Both the position numbers and the translations under genes were made by a program. From Oscillospiraceae bacterium (GTDB lineage: Bacteria; Bacillota; Clostridia; Oscillospirales; CAG-382), in contig JAFLUP010000004.1 in the NCBI GenBank assembly GCA_022508745.1, forward strand, positions 1 through 56,610: DNA of 56,610 nucleotides, given 5' to 3'. Of this stretch, positions 28,954 to 39,097 are shown piece by piece; position 1 is the stretch's first letter; each line of letters begins with the position of its first letter. The notes beneath the pieces were generated by a model. That model was not told the origin of the DNA. It did no database searches and worked only from the letters and a program-made list of their open reading frames with translations.

Positions 28954-31275
28954 TTGTATCAAGAGGAAGCGACCGTACGTGTCAAGCAAGCGCATAACCA
29001 GATACAGATGTCCGATCTGATGATCGACATTTTTGACGGCAACAGGCAGCCCCAAAGAGTCCGCCTTATGGATTTCAAAAAGGCGGTGGTGACGTTTGGG
29101 CGTGACCAGAGCAACGATATTGTCATGGCGTCCCCGCTGGTGTCCTCCGAGCATGGTCGGTTCTTCTTTAAGGCCGGCGTGTGGTACATCGAGGACAAGG
29201 CGGTCTATCGGGATCGCGGCAGCACGAACGGGATCATCTACAACAATACCCAGATCGAATCCCGCGCCATGAGCGACGGCGATTTCTTCCGGATCGACGA
29301 CGGCGTGGAGACCGTGAAGGACGGCGTTCTGTTCGTGGTTTCCGGCGCGGAGTCCGACAATCGGTGGGAAACGCTGCCCCTCTCCGCCGCCCCCGTGATC
29401 ACCATCGGGCGCGCGTTTGATTGCAACATTGTGCTTCCGCACATCAGCGTATCCAAATGCCATGCGAAGATCGTCCGGGAGAACGGCGGATACTATATCG
29501 TTGATAACAACAGTGTCAACGGCGTCATCGTCAACAACCGGCGCATTTCCGGCAAGGAAAAGCTGAACGAAAAAGACGTCATCACCATCACCAATTCCAA
29601 ACTGATCTTTACCTCCTCCGCCATCTCCTACCGCTGCTATAAGATCGGCGTTTCGGTGGACGCTTCGGATGTTGTGATCCGGCGCGGGAAGGGCAGAAAG
29701 GCGTTCACCACCTGCAATCATGTCAGCCTGAACGTGAAACCGGGGGAACTGATCGCCGTGATCGGCGGGTCCGGCGCGGGCAAGTCCACCATCCTCAACT
29801 GTATGTGCGGCTACTTGAAGCCACAGCACGGCGACGTATACATCAACGGCATTGATCTCTACCGCAACTTCGATTCCATCAAGAAGCTGATCGGCTATGT
29901 GCCCCAGTCCGATATCGTGTACGATAACCTTACCCTGCACGATATGTTGCTGTACACCGCAAAACTGCGGTTGCCGGGCGACGTATCCGCCGCAGAGCGG
30001 GAAAAGACCATCAACAACGCCATCGAAATGGTGGAGCTGTCCGAAAAGCGGAACAGCCTGATCAGATCCTTGAGCGGCGGTCAGCGGAAGCGGGCAAGCA
30101 TCGCGGTGGAGCTGATCTCCGACCCGAACCTGCTGTTTCTGGACGAGCCGGCGTCGGGTCTGGACCCCGGCACCGAACGCAGCTTGATGCAATCGCTGCG
30201 GAACATGGCGGACGGGGGAAAAACCGTCATTCTCGTGACCCACAGCACCCTCCAGCTCAAGCTCTGCGATAAGATCGTCTTCATGGGCAAGGGCGGCAAC
30301 CTGTGCTATTTCGGGTCCCATGACGAAGCGCTGGAATTCTTCGGTCTGGACGATATTGTCGGCGTTTATCAAATGATCACGGATCATGCCAAAGAATGGA
30401 GCGAACGGTATAAGCAAACCCTTGCTCCCGCCGGAAAACCCCGCGCCGTTGCCGGGAAGACAAGCGCCACAAAAGAAAACAAATTCAGGCAGTTCTCCGT
30501 GCTTTGCGCCCGATACATGAGGCTGGTCATGAATGACAGGCAAAGGCTGTTGCTGCTGCTGTTCCAAGCGCCTATTCTGGCGTTCCTGATCTCCATTGTC
30601 GCGAACGGGAATGAGTTTACGCAGTACGAAATGACCAAGAGTCTGCTGTTCGCGCTATCGTGTTCCGCTTTCTGGGTCGGTATGCTAAACGCCATTCAGG
30701 AGGTCTGTAAGGAACGCACCATCCTAAAGCGGGAGTACATGACGGGTCTGTCCATCGGCTCCTATATCCTATCCAAGATCGTCGTGATGGGTCTTTTGTG
30801 CTTGATCCAGAGCGCATTGATCATCGGTGTGTTTTCCGCTTTGGTGGGGGCGCCGGAGGAAGGGGTATTCCTGCTGCCGCATCTGGAATTGTTTATCACC
30901 ACATATCTCACTGCCATAGCGTCCTCTGCGATGGGCTTGTTCGTATCCTGCTTGTTCACCAATGCGGACCGCGCCATGACGGTCGCGCCCATTCTGTTGA
31001 TGCCGCAAATCCTGTTTTCGGGCATGATCTTCAAGCTGGACGGCGCCACCGAGGTCATTTCGTGGCTCGCCGTTTGCCGCTGGAGCATGGAAGGCTACGG
31101 CAGCGGCGCCAACTTGAACGGTCTTGTCCATCAGGTGCCGCGTCCGGCAGAATCCTTCTATGAGTTCACCACCGCGCACCTGCTTACCGCGTGGGGGATC
31201 CTCCTGCTGTTCGTCGTCGGGTTCCTGTTGATCGCAAGGATTGTTCTTTCGACGATCAGAAAGAATAACGCTTGA
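28954..31275 (+). CDS. FHA-FHA-ABC ATPase-ABC2 permease fusion (Rv1747-like / ABCG-type half transporter)
   Basis: FGRD...VSSEH...STNG and IGRA...VSKCH...SVNG FHA motifs; GGSGAGKS, LSGGQRKR, LDEP, VTH; six C-terminal TM helices; GGAGGT RBS before TTG. Confidence 0.9.
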   Translation: MYQEEATVRVKQAHNQIQMSDLMIDIFDGNRQPQRVRLMDFKKAVVTFGRDQSNDIVMASPLVSSEHGRFFFKAGVWYIEDKAVYRDRGSTNGIIYNNTQIESRAMSDGDFFRIDDGVETVKDGVLFVVSGAESDNRWETLPLSAAPVITIGRAFDCNIVLPHISVSKCHAKIVRENGGYYIVDNNSVNGVIVNNRRISGKEKLNEKDVITITNSKLIFTSSAISYRCYKIGVSVDASDVVIRRGKGRKAFTTCNHVSLNVKPGELIAVIGGSGAGKSTILNCMCGYLKPQHGDVYINGIDLYRNFDSIKKLIGYVPQSDIVYDNLTLHDMLLYTAKLRLPGDVSAAEREKTINNAIEMVELSEKRNSLIRSLSGGQRKRASIAVELISDPNLLFLDEPASGLDPGTERSLMQSLRNMADGGKTVILVTHSTLQLKLCDKIVFMGKGGNLCYFGSHDEALEFFGLDDIVGVYQMITDHAKEWSERYKQTLAPAGKPRAVAGKTSATKENKFRQFSVLCARYMRLVMNDRQRLLLLLFQAPILAFLISIVANGNEFTQYEMTKSLLFALSCSAFWVGMLNAIQEVCKERTILKREYMTGLSIGSYILSKIVVMGLLCLIQSALIIGVFSALVGAPEEGVFLLPHLELFITTYLTAIASSAMGLFVSCLFTNADRAMTVAPILLMPQILFSGMIFKLDGATEVISWLAVCRWSMEGYGSGANLNGLVHQVPRPAESFYEFTTAHLLTAWGILLLFVVGFLLIARIVLSTIRKNNA

Positions 31276-31436
31276 GCCGTTGAAAACACGAGGAATTGGC
31301 AAAAAAACAACTGATTGTTGAGCAAAAAACAGGCAAATCAACCGTTTGTCTGTTTTTTTCTTCAAAAATCTGTGCTACAATCATGACATCGGGAACGCGT
31401 TCGACAATTTGAGTTTTTGAAAGGAATGATTGATGT

Positions 31437-31928
31437 ATGAAACCTACCATCGGACAAAATATCGCTTTCTACCGCAAAAAAGCGGGTATGACGCAGGAGG
31501 AACTCTCCGAAAAGATCGGCGTCACGGCGCAGGCGATCTCCAAATGGGAAAACGACCTTTCTTACCCGGATCTTGAGATCGTCCGCAAGCTGGCGGAGAT
31601 CTTTGGTATCACGGTGGATCAGCTTCTTAACGGGGAGGACGTCGTTCCTGCCGTACAGGTCGTGGAAACCGAACACCCGGAAAAGCGGATCGTGCAGATC
31701 TGCGTAGAGACCGGAGGCACAACAAAGGTTAACGTGCGAATCCCTGTAGGTCTTGTGGAAAAAATGTATCAGGAAGGAAAGCTGACAGAGCTATTGGGGG
31801 AAGGCGAAGAATTTCCGGAGGGCGTGATCGACCTCATCCAAATGGGTGCGGTCGGTCCGATCGTCGACATCAAAGACGATAATTCCAATACGACGGTGCG
31901 CATCGAGGTGATCAACTATGAAGGTTGA
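31437..31928 (+). CDS. XRE-family HTH regulator with an uncharacterised C-terminal domain
   Basis: RKKAGMTQEELSEKIGVTAQAISKWENDLSYPD. Confidence 0.88.
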   Translation: MKPTIGQNIAFYRKKAGMTQEELSEKIGVTAQAISKWENDLSYPDLEIVRKLAEIFGITVDQLLNGEDVVPAVQVVETEHPEKRIVQICVETGGTTKVNVRIPVGLVEKMYQEGKLTELLGEGEEFPEGVIDLIQMGAVGPIVDIKDDNSNTTVRIEVINYEG

Positions 31929-32229
31929 ACTGCGAAGCGGAGAGCTACGCGAAACGATCGAATGTGAAAAGGACGTTTTCTTTATTGGCTGCCGCGTAAC
32001 GGATCCGAGTGGACATTTCACCATCGCGGAGAATCTGGAGGCATACAAAAGTATCTTTGATACCGCAGTCTGCCGCACAAAAGAGATATGTCTGGCAAAT
32101 GGTATGCGACTGGAGATGTGTATGTTTGCAACAGACGACCCGTCTATCCTTGCTATGATGAAACCCTACGCCGGTATGAAATTGGAAGAGGTCGTTTACG
32201 GAGATACGGAACTTATCATCACAGTATAA
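31918..32229 (+). CDS. hypothetical protein
   Basis: GAGGTG RBS, overlaps the XRE stop, followed by a terminator hairpin at 32236-32269. Confidence 0.6.
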   Translation: MKVELRSGELRETIECEKDVFFIGCRVTDPSGHFTIAENLEAYKSIFDTAVCRTKEICLANGMRLEMCMFATDDPSILAMMKPYAGMKLEEVVYGDTELIITV

Positions 32230-32293
32230 AAGCAAAGCCGGAAAGCATTGCGCTTTCCGGCTTGTTTTTATGGAATGTTTTTGCAACGGAAAC

Positions 32294-33016
32294 TTAACCG
32301 TTCATCGCATCCTTGTCGCAGATGAGGACAACGTCCGGGTGGCACTTCAGGATGGTGCCGGGGACCTGCGTGGTGATGCGGTCGTCCAGCATCTTCTCCA
32401 TGACGTAATGCTTTGCCTTGCCGCTGGCGAGGACGATGATCTTCTTCGCCTTCATGATGGTGCCGATACCCATGGTGACTGCCTGGGTGGGGACGTCCGC
32501 CTTGCTGGCGAAGAAGCGGGAGTTTGCCTCGATGGTGCTGTCGGTAAGACCCGTCAGGTGGGTGCCCACATAGAGGTTCTCTTCCGGCTCGTTGAACGCG
32601 ATGTGACCGTTCGGGCCGAGGCCAAGCACCTGCAGGTCGATCCCGCCGGCTGCTTCGATTTCTGCGTCGTAAGCTGCGCCCATGGCCGCAGGATCCTTCG
32701 CAAGGCCGTCCGGGACGTGGGTGCGGGATTTGTCGATATCCACATGGTCGAACAGGTTGTGGTTCATGAAGTAGCGGTAGCTCTGGTCATGCTCGGGTGC
32801 GAGGGGATAGTATTCGTCCAGATTGTAGGACGTCACATCCTTAAAGGAGATTTCGCCCGCTTTGTTCATCTTTGCCAGCTCCTGATACATACCAACAGGG
32901 GTAGAACCGGTGGCGAGACCCAGTACGCACTGCGGCTTCTCTTTGAGCAGCTCGGCGATGATCTTTGCGCCCTCTTTGGACATTTCTTCGTAGTTTTCAC
33001 AAACGATCAGTTTCAT
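32294..33016 (-). CDS. nagB: glucosamine-6-phosphate deaminase
   Basis: LGLATGSTP, NLDEYY, QSYRYFM, GLGPNGHIAFNEP, TMGIGTI; start MKLIV after GGAGG. Confidence 0.96.
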   Translation of the reverse strand: MKLIVCENYEEMSKEGAKIIAELLKEKPQCVLGLATGSTPVGMYQELAKMNKAGEISFKDVTSYNLDEYYPLAPEHDQSYRYFMNHNLFDHVDIDKSRTHVPDGLAKDPAAMGAAYDAEIEAAGGIDLQVLGLGPNGHIAFNEPEENLYVGTHLTGLTDSTIEANSRFFASKADVPTQAVTMGIGTIMKAKKIIVLASGKAKHYVMEKMLDDRITTQVPGTILKCHPDVVLICDKDAMNG

Positions 33017-33188
33017 ATTTTTCGTACCTCCAAGAATTGGTTTTCTACCTTCGTAGTTTATCACAAAACCTTTTCATGTTCAATAGCTTTCCGCAAAATT
33101 TTTCCGCCTTTTTGAAAATCATTTGACAAAATCTTCGTGGAATGGTATAATGCTTTTGTACATTAACAGTTATGGAGCGCAACCCATC

Positions 33189-33776
33189 ATGAAACGTCTC
33201 ATCCTCGTTACCTCGCCCCCCGCCTGCGGGAAGACCTATATTTCCAAAAAGCTCGCGGAGAATCTGAAGCACGTCGTCTATCTGGATAAGGATACCCTCA
33301 TTCCGCTTTCCAAAGTCATCTTTGAAGTGGCGGGGGAGCCGTATAACCGCAGCTCGGATTTCTTTAAGAAGTATATCCGGGATGTGGAGTATGTGACCAT
33401 CCTCGAATTGGCTTGCGAGGCGCTGAAATACGACGATATCGTGCTGATCAACGCGCCCTTCACCCAAGAGGTGCGGGACAGTGCGTATATCAATGCGCTC
33501 AAGAAGCGGCTGGTGCAGATGAACACCAAATTGACGGTGATCTGGGTGCAGACGGACGTGGAGGTTTGCAAGCAGCGGATGTTAGCCCGCGGCTCCGACC
33601 GGGATACCTGGAAGGTGGAGCATTGGGACGAGTACGTCCAAGGCGTCAACTTCGACATTCCCGCGGCCCTTGATGACCCGGACGTGTTGGACGACCTGCT
33701 GATCTTCTATAACTCCGGCGATGAGGAGTACAACGAATCCATGCACCGGATTCTGGATATCATCGAGAATAGTTGA
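33189..33776 (+). CDS. P-loop small-molecule kinase-like protein (AAA_33-like)
   Basis: ILVTSPPACGKT Walker A, LDKD, RxxxR lid. Confidence 0.75.
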   Translation: MKRLILVTSPPACGKTYISKKLAENLKHVVYLDKDTLIPLSKVIFEVAGEPYNRSSDFFKKYIRDVEYVTILELACEALKYDDIVLINAPFTQEVRDSAYINALKKRLVQMNTKLTVIWVQTDVEVCKQRMLARGSDRDTWKVEHWDEYVQGVNFDIPAALDDPDVLDDLLIFYNSGDEEYNESMHRILDIIENS

Positions 33777-33832
33777 AAACATGAAAAAAGGTTCTCTGCC
33801 GTTTGGCGGGGAACCTTTCTATATCAAAATCG

Positions 33833-34480
33833 TTACGCTTTCATCCGCATCTCCCAGAGGTGCGATACATCGCCGATGTAGGACACGCCGGGCACCGCGT
33901 AGCCGGATTCATCCGCACGGAAGTGAACGTGGGTGACCGAAGTGGTGTGGATCTGGAAATGATACCAGTTGAACACCGGGAACATCCCCAGCAGATGGGC
34001 GATCCAGGCGGAGCCGAATCCCCCGTGGCAGAAGCAGCAGATCCGCCGGTCGCTCGGCTCTGTTGCACGGTAGCGGAGCCCCTCCCGCACATAGCCGTGC
34101 CGGGCGAGGAATTCATCGGAATTGCGGATCATGTCCTCAATTGTCCCGGTGCGCTCCGGCGCGATGTCCTTGACCAACTGTGCGCCGTTTACGAGATCAA
34201 CGGTATAGCCGGAATCCAGTTGTGAGGCGTCGTTTAAGGCGCAGTGCTTCATGTAATCCATGCTCTCCGCCATCCAGCTTTCGATGGAAAATTCCATGCC
34301 CAGCGCTTTGCAGGAGGGTCTGGCGGTATCCTGCGCTCTGCCCAGCGGGGAAGCGTAGATGTCGGTGGGGTTGATGCGGAGGATGCGGGGCACCAGCGCT
34401 TCCGCTTCCTTCCAACCGAGCTCGGTCAGGGTGTCGTGAGCGTAATCCGGGTCGCCGTGGCGGATGATGTAGAGTTCCAT
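33833..34480 (-). CDS. histidine phosphatase family protein
   Basis: IIRHG, LTELG, SPLGRAQDTA, CHGG. Confidence 0.9.
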   Translation of the reverse strand: MELYIIRHGDPDYAHDTLTELGWKEAEALVPRILRINPTDIYASPLGRAQDTARPSCKALGMEFSIESWMAESMDYMKHCALNDASQLDSGYTVDLVNGAQLVKDIAPERTGTIEDMIRNSDEFLARHGYVREGLRYRATEPSDRRICCFCHGGFGSAWIAHLLGMFPVFNWYHFQIHTTSVTHVHFRADESGYAVPGVSYIGDVSHLWEMRMKA

Positions 34481-34496
34481 AATGATGTCCTTTCGG

Positions 34497-35507
34497 TTAT
34501 TGATCAGAAATCGGGTAAAAACGGAAGGTGGTAGCCGCTTCATAAGGCGCGCCCGCGGGAAGGAACGAACCGCCCAGATTCACCCCGTTGGGTTCCTCCT
34601 GCGTTTCAAGGCAGAACGCCCGGTGACGGATCTGTCGCGTACCGTTTTTCATGGGTGCGTCATGCTCGTCGTTGGAGGTGTATAGCTGTACGCAGGAGCG
34701 ATCCGTCCACACCTGCATACCGATCTCCTTGCCTTCTGCACGCGCAGCGAGGGAGAAATCTCCCGGTGAGGGCTTTTGCAGCAGGAAGTTGTTGTCGTAC
34801 CCGCCCCATGGGGTCAGCTGCGGGTGAGGAGTACGGATATCCCGTCCGATGGGCTTGGAAGCCCGGAAATCGAAGGGCGTTCCCTCGCAGGGGAGGTAGT
34901 CTCCCGTAGGGATGTGCAGATCGTCGCAGACACTGATGCGGTCGGCGTCGAGAAAGAGCCGGTGGTCAAGTACTGTCCCGCCGATGCCGTCCAGATTGAA
35001 ATAGGAATGGTTTGTCAGGTTGACCGCCGTGTCCCGGTCGGAGATCGCCTCGTACCGAATGGAGAGGGCGCTGTCCGTTACCTGATAAGTCACGCGCACC
35101 TGTAAATTGCCGGGGAAGCCTTCCTCGCCGTCGGGAGAAAGATAGGTGAGGGACAACCTGTCGCCGTCCATTTCCGCGTGCCAGATCTTTTTGTCAAATC
35201 CCGTAAAACCGCCGTGGAGCTGATTGGTGCCCTTCTCGTTCCGGGAGAGGGCGTATTCCGTCCCGCCGATGCGCAGGGAGCGCATGCGGTTGCAGCAACG
35301 CCCGATGACGGCGCCGTAATAGCAGGAGCTATTCAGATAGGCGTCCGCGCTGTCGAAGCCGCAGACCAGATCCTTCCCGCGGTACAGGATCTGGTGGACG
35401 ATCCCGCCCAAAGAAAGCACCGTGACGGTCAGCTCACTGCTCGATAGACGATAGCCTGTGACCGGTCCGAGACGACTTTCGGAAAAGGGAAAAACGGTGA
35501 TGCTCAT
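34497..35507 (-). CDS. galM: aldose 1-epimerase (mutarotase)
   Basis: GAVIGR, LHGG, GEEGFPGN, NLTNHSYFNL, FCLETQ. Confidence 0.93.
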   Translation of the reverse strand: MSITVFPFSESRLGPVTGYRLSSSELTVTVLSLGGIVHQILYRGKDLVCGFDSADAYLNSSCYYGAVIGRCCNRMRSLRIGGTEYALSRNEKGTNQLHGGFTGFDKKIWHAEMDGDRLSLTYLSPDGEEGFPGNLQVRVTYQVTDSALSIRYEAISDRDTAVNLTNHSYFNLDGIGGTVLDHRLFLDADRISVCDDLHIPTGDYLPCEGTPFDFRASKPIGRDIRTPHPQLTPWGGYDNNFLLQKPSPGDFSLAARAEGKEIGMQVWTDRSCVQLYTSNDEHDAPMKNGTRQIRHRAFCLETQEEPNGVNLGGSFLPAGAPYEAATTFRFYPISDQ

Positions 35508-35670
35508 GACGCGGAGATCCTCCCACGACGAATTTTTTCCATTTTAGCACAAAACCGCCCGGATTTCAATATTGACTTTTGAAAAAAAGCGCGGTATAAT
35601 ACCAATAATAAAAGAAAAAACACACGCTTTGCAAAAAAGTGCGTGCTGCAAGACAGAAAGAAGTGTTTGT

Positions 35671-36744
35671 ATGACAAAAATTGATATTTTCTCCGGCTTT
35701 CTCGGCGCGGGGAAAACGACGCTTATCAAAAAACTCATCAGCGAAGCCTACGCCGGTGAAAAGCTGGTACTCATCGAAAACGAGTTCGGCGAGATCGGCA
35801 TCGACGGCGGCTTTCTGCGGGATGCGGATATCGCCGTGACAGAGATGAATTCCGGCTGCATCTGCTGCAGTCTGGTGGGGGATTTCTCCGAGGCGCTGGG
35901 GAAGGTGCTGGAGCAGTTCCATCCCGACCGTATCCTCATCGAGCCCTCCGGCGTGGGAAAATTGAGCGACGTGATCCGTGCCGTCCGGCAGGTGAACGCG
36001 GCGGACGCGACTCTCAACAGCTTCACCACCGTGGTGGACGCCAACCGCTGCAAGATGTATATGCGCAACTTCGGCGAGTTCTTTAACGATCAGGTGGAGC
36101 ACGCAGGCGCCATCGTTTTGAGCCATACGGATGCTATGTCTGAGGAAAAGCTGGCAAAGTGCGTGGAACTGCTGCGGGAACGCAACGCAGACGCTCCTCT
36201 GGTGACAACGCCTTGGGGCGAGCTGACCGGCGCACAGCTGTTGGACGCGATGGAACGGAAGAATACCGTCGCGCACGCGTTGGAACTGCTGGCGGAGGAA
36301 ACTGCCCACGAGCATCATCACCACCATGATCATGATCATGAACACGAACATCATCATGATCACGATCATGAACATCATCACGAGCATGATCACGACCATG
36401 AGCATCACGTGGTGGACGAGCACGGGCATTGCAGCTGTGGGCACGATCATCATCACCACGATGCGGACGAGATCTTTGTCAGTTGGGGCGTGGAGACCGC
36501 CCGCAAGTATACCCGCGAAGAGCTGCAAGGTATGCTGGAGCAGCTCCTGCGGGAAACCGAGTATGGCTCCGTGCTGCGGGCAAAGGGGATCGTCCCGGCG
36601 AAGGACGGCACTTGGCTGCACTTCGATTATGTGCCCGGCGAGCCGGACGTGCGGACCGGCAGTGCGGACGTCACGGGGCGGCTGTGCGTCATCGGCGCCG
36701 ATCTGAAGCAGGATAAACTGGCAACACTGTTTGGGGTATCATAA
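35671..36744 (+). CDS. COG0523/CobW-family metallochaperone GTPase with His-rich insert
   Basis: SGFLGAGKTT, ENEFG, GCICC, IEPSGVG, His/Asp/Glu tract, LRAKG. Confidence 0.93.
   Translation: MTKIDIFSGFLGAGKTTLIKKLISEAYAGEKLVLIENEFGEIGIDGGFLRDADIAVTEMNSGCICCSLVGDFSEALGKVLEQFHPDRILIEPSGVGKLSDVIRAVRQVNAADATLNSFTTVVDANRCKMYMRNFGEFFNDQVEHAGAIVLSHTDAMSEEKLAKCVELLRERNADAPLVTTPWGELTGAQLLDAMERKNTVAHALELLAEETAHEHHHHHDHDHEHEHHHDHDHEHHHEHDHDHEHHVVDEHGHCSCGHDHHHHDADEIFVSWGVETARKYTREELQGMLEQLLRETEYGSVLRAKGIVPAKDGTWLHFDYVPGEPDVRTGSADVTGRLCVIGADLKQDKLATLFGVS
36307..36459 (+). repeat. low-complexity His-codon repeat tract within the COG0523 gene
   Basis: CAT/CAC-GAT/GAA repeats encoding HEHHHHHDHDHEHEHHHDHDHEHHHEHDHDHEHH...CSCGHDHHHH. 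Confidence 0.9.
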
Positions 36745-36746
36745 CC

Positions 36747-37694
36747 ATGGCAAAGGAACTTCCCGTTTACCTCTTTACCGGCTTTCTGGAGGCCGGAAAA
36801 ACCAAAACCATCCAGGAAACACTGGCGGACAAAGAATTCAATACCGGCGAGCGTATCCTGCTGGTCAGCTGTGAGGAAGGGATCGAGGAATACGATCCCA
36901 GCGAGTTCGCGCATCCGGACGTGGTGATCGAGACGGTGGAAGATCCGGGGGATCTCTCGGAAGCGCTGCTCAAATCCTTCGAAAAAAAGCATGACCCGAA
37001 GCTGATCATGGTGGAATATAACGGCATGTGGATGCTGGATCTGTTCTATCGCAGTTTGCCGGAAAACTGGGTGGTCTACCAGGAAATGCTGTTTATCGAC
37101 GCCACGACCGTCAAGACCTACAACGCCAATATGCGCACGCAGATGGTGGACAAGCTCCAGAGCTGTGAGATGGTGCTGTTCAACCGCGTGCCGGAGCAGC
37201 AGGACATGATGGAACTGCATCAACTGGTGCGCACCATCAGCCGTCGCGCCGCGATCGCTTACGAGTATCTGGACGGGCGGATCGAATACGACGAGATCGA
37301 GGATCCGCTGCCCTTCGATATCGACGCGCCGATCATCGAGATCAAGGACGGCGATTATGCGGAGTGGTACCGGGATCTTTCCGAGGAAATGCGGAAATAT
37401 GACGGAAAGACCGTCAGGTTCAAAGGGATGGTCGCCCGCGGGGGCGGTCCCTTCGAATCGGCGTTCGCTGTGGGAAGGCACGTGATGACCTGCTGTGCCG
37501 CGGACATCACTTACCGCGGTGTGGTTTGCACGGGCTGGTCCGGAAAGAAGCTCAAAACGAAGGATTGGGTTCTGATCACTGCGAAGATCAAGATCGCTTA
37601 TCACAAACTGTATGACGCCGAAGGACCGGTTCTGACCGCCATCGACGTGCAGGAAGCGACGCCGCCAGATCCGGTAGTCGCCACGTTTTATTAA
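36747..37694 (+). CDS. CobW-like P-loop protein with a C-terminal 'TCCAAD' (TIGR03943-like) domain
   Basis: TGFLEAGKT, CEEGIEEY, VEYNGMW, GRHVMTCCAADI. Confidence 0.8.
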   Translation: MAKELPVYLFTGFLEAGKTKTIQETLADKEFNTGERILLVSCEEGIEEYDPSEFAHPDVVIETVEDPGDLSEALLKSFEKKHDPKLIMVEYNGMWMLDLFYRSLPENWVVYQEMLFIDATTVKTYNANMRTQMVDKLQSCEMVLFNRVPEQQDMMELHQLVRTISRRAAIAYEYLDGRIEYDEIEDPLPFDIDAPIIEIKDGDYAEWYRDLSEEMRKYDGKTVRFKGMVARGGGPFESAFAVGRHVMTCCAADITYRGVVCTGWSGKKLKTKDWVLITAKIKIAYHKLYDAEGPVLTAIDVQEATPPDPVVATFY

Positions 37695-37751
37695 AATAAG
37701 CGGGCGGGAAGTCCCTGAAGGTCGGGGAGCTTCCTGCCCGTTCTTTTGGTT

Positions 37752-38213
37752 TTATGAAGAGGTTTTCGCGGTCTTTTCTTCCGAAAGAAGCCCGGTGCGC
37801 TTGTTCCAACGGCGCACGTCCGGCGGGATGGCGTAGGACTCCCTGCCGTCGAAGATTTTTCCTTCCATGCAGATGGTCAGCGATTCTTCGGATTCTTCCG
37901 TCATTTTCCAGCGCAGTACCGCACCGCAAGGCGGCGTTCCGTTGGGATTCGCTTTTGCTTTGTCCAGCAATTCCTTCCGCGCAAAGGTGGCAAACTCCGT
38001 AGCGGCGCGTTCATAAAACGGCTCCAGATTTTGCTGCAGGGGCGTTTTCTTTTTGCTTTTGGTGATACCGGGCAATAGGCGGCCGTGCAGCGTTTTTTTC
38101 TCCGCGCAGGCGGGATAGGCGATGTTGAGAACGACAAGAATACGCCCTTTTTCGTCTTTTAGGGTATCCCGGATGACCTTTCCGGTCAATGTTTCTGTTT
38201 CCTGAAAAAACAT
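37752..38213 (-). CDS. hypothetical protein, possibly sporulation-regulated
   Basis: AAGGAAGG RBS; sigma-E-like GCATGTT-15 bp-CATAGAT upstream. Confidence 0.6.
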   Translation of the reverse strand: MFFQETETLTGKVIRDTLKDEKGRILVVLNIAYPACAEKKTLHGRLLPGITKSKKKTPLQQNLEPFYERAATEFATFARKELLDKAKANPNGTPPCGAVLRWKMTEESEESLTICMEGKIFDGRESYAIPPDVRRWNKRTGLLSEEKTAKTSS

Positions 38214-38249
38214 CGTTATGAGCCTTCCTTTCCTTTTTCCTGTTATCAT

Positions 38250-38278
38250 ATCTATGCTTGTCAGACAGGAAAACATGC
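38250..38278 (-). promoter_or_regulatory. putative sigma-E-like sporulation promoter
   Basis: Minus strand GCATGTT-N15-CATAGAT. Confidence 0.4.
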
Positions 38279-38292
38279 GTGGAAACGGTAGG

Positions 38293-38964
38293 TCACGCGT
38301 GTTTTCCAATCAGAACCCGCAGTTCGGCGGCGGAACAGAGCGGACAGGCGAACAGCAACGCGCCTCCCATCCAGAAGCGCTCCTCAAACAGGAGCGCAGG
38401 CAGAGCGCAGACGGTGGCAGCAAGGACGGCAAGCAACAGCGTGGGCACACGCGGACAGGCGGGCGGTTCCCCCTTCTCGGTCATTCCCACGGATGGGAAC
38501 AGCAGGGTGCCGGATAGCGGGCAGATCAGCGCGGAGCAGAGGGGGAACAGCCTGCCGTCAAGCGTCTGGGACGGCGCGAAAATAGGGGAAAAGCTGCCGG
38601 AAAGACAAATCACACTGCACCCCACCGCGAGAAAAGCGAGGGGAAGCGCCGCGCGGGGAAGCAGCTCTGCGTGGCTGATCGCAAGGCAGACGATAGATGC
38701 GAGCACCAATCCCATAAAAGCAGGCGTGCGGGCGTTCCCCAGTTCCGGGAGCAGGGCGGGCAGCAGGGGGACCAGGCGCAGAAACAGCGAGAGCGCCGGG
38801 AGAAACCCTAACCAGTGCGGCAGTTTTTTCGGCAGGAGCGGCACGGGAAAAGTGAGAAACAGGCAGAGCAATGCACAGCATCCGAAGGCGTAGATCCCCC
38901 CCGGCGCGGCACAAAGCAGAGAAGAGAAGGTCAAAAGAAATGCGCAGGTTCCGGCCATGTTCAT
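38293..38964 (-). CDS. polytopic membrane protein of unknown family, downstream of the gerA-like gene
   Basis: AAAGGA RBS; several hydrophobic segments. Confidence 0.55.
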   Translation of the reverse strand: MNMAGTCAFLLTFSSLLCAAPGGIYAFGCCALLCLFLTFPVPLLPKKLPHWLGFLPALSLFLRLVPLLPALLPELGNARTPAFMGLVLASIVCLAISHAELLPRAALPLAFLAVGCSVICLSGSFSPIFAPSQTLDGRLFPLCSALICPLSGTLLFPSVGMTEKGEPPACPRVPTLLLAVLAATVCALPALLFEERFWMGGALLFACPLCSAAELRVLIGKHA

Positions 38965-39097
38965 AACGGATCCTTTCGTGATCTGACAGATAAAACAAGA
39001 AAAATTCGCTTTGGATCTTACGAGATTCCTATGATGCGATGATACAGCATTGGATGTCCCAAAAACGTCGCAACTTCCACGGTTGTTTGCAATGGAC

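Noticed and set aside
36307-36459. Short-period repeats resembling an array
   Set aside because: In-frame His/Asp/Glu codons of a COG0523 protein; no repeat-spacer structure and no cas genes
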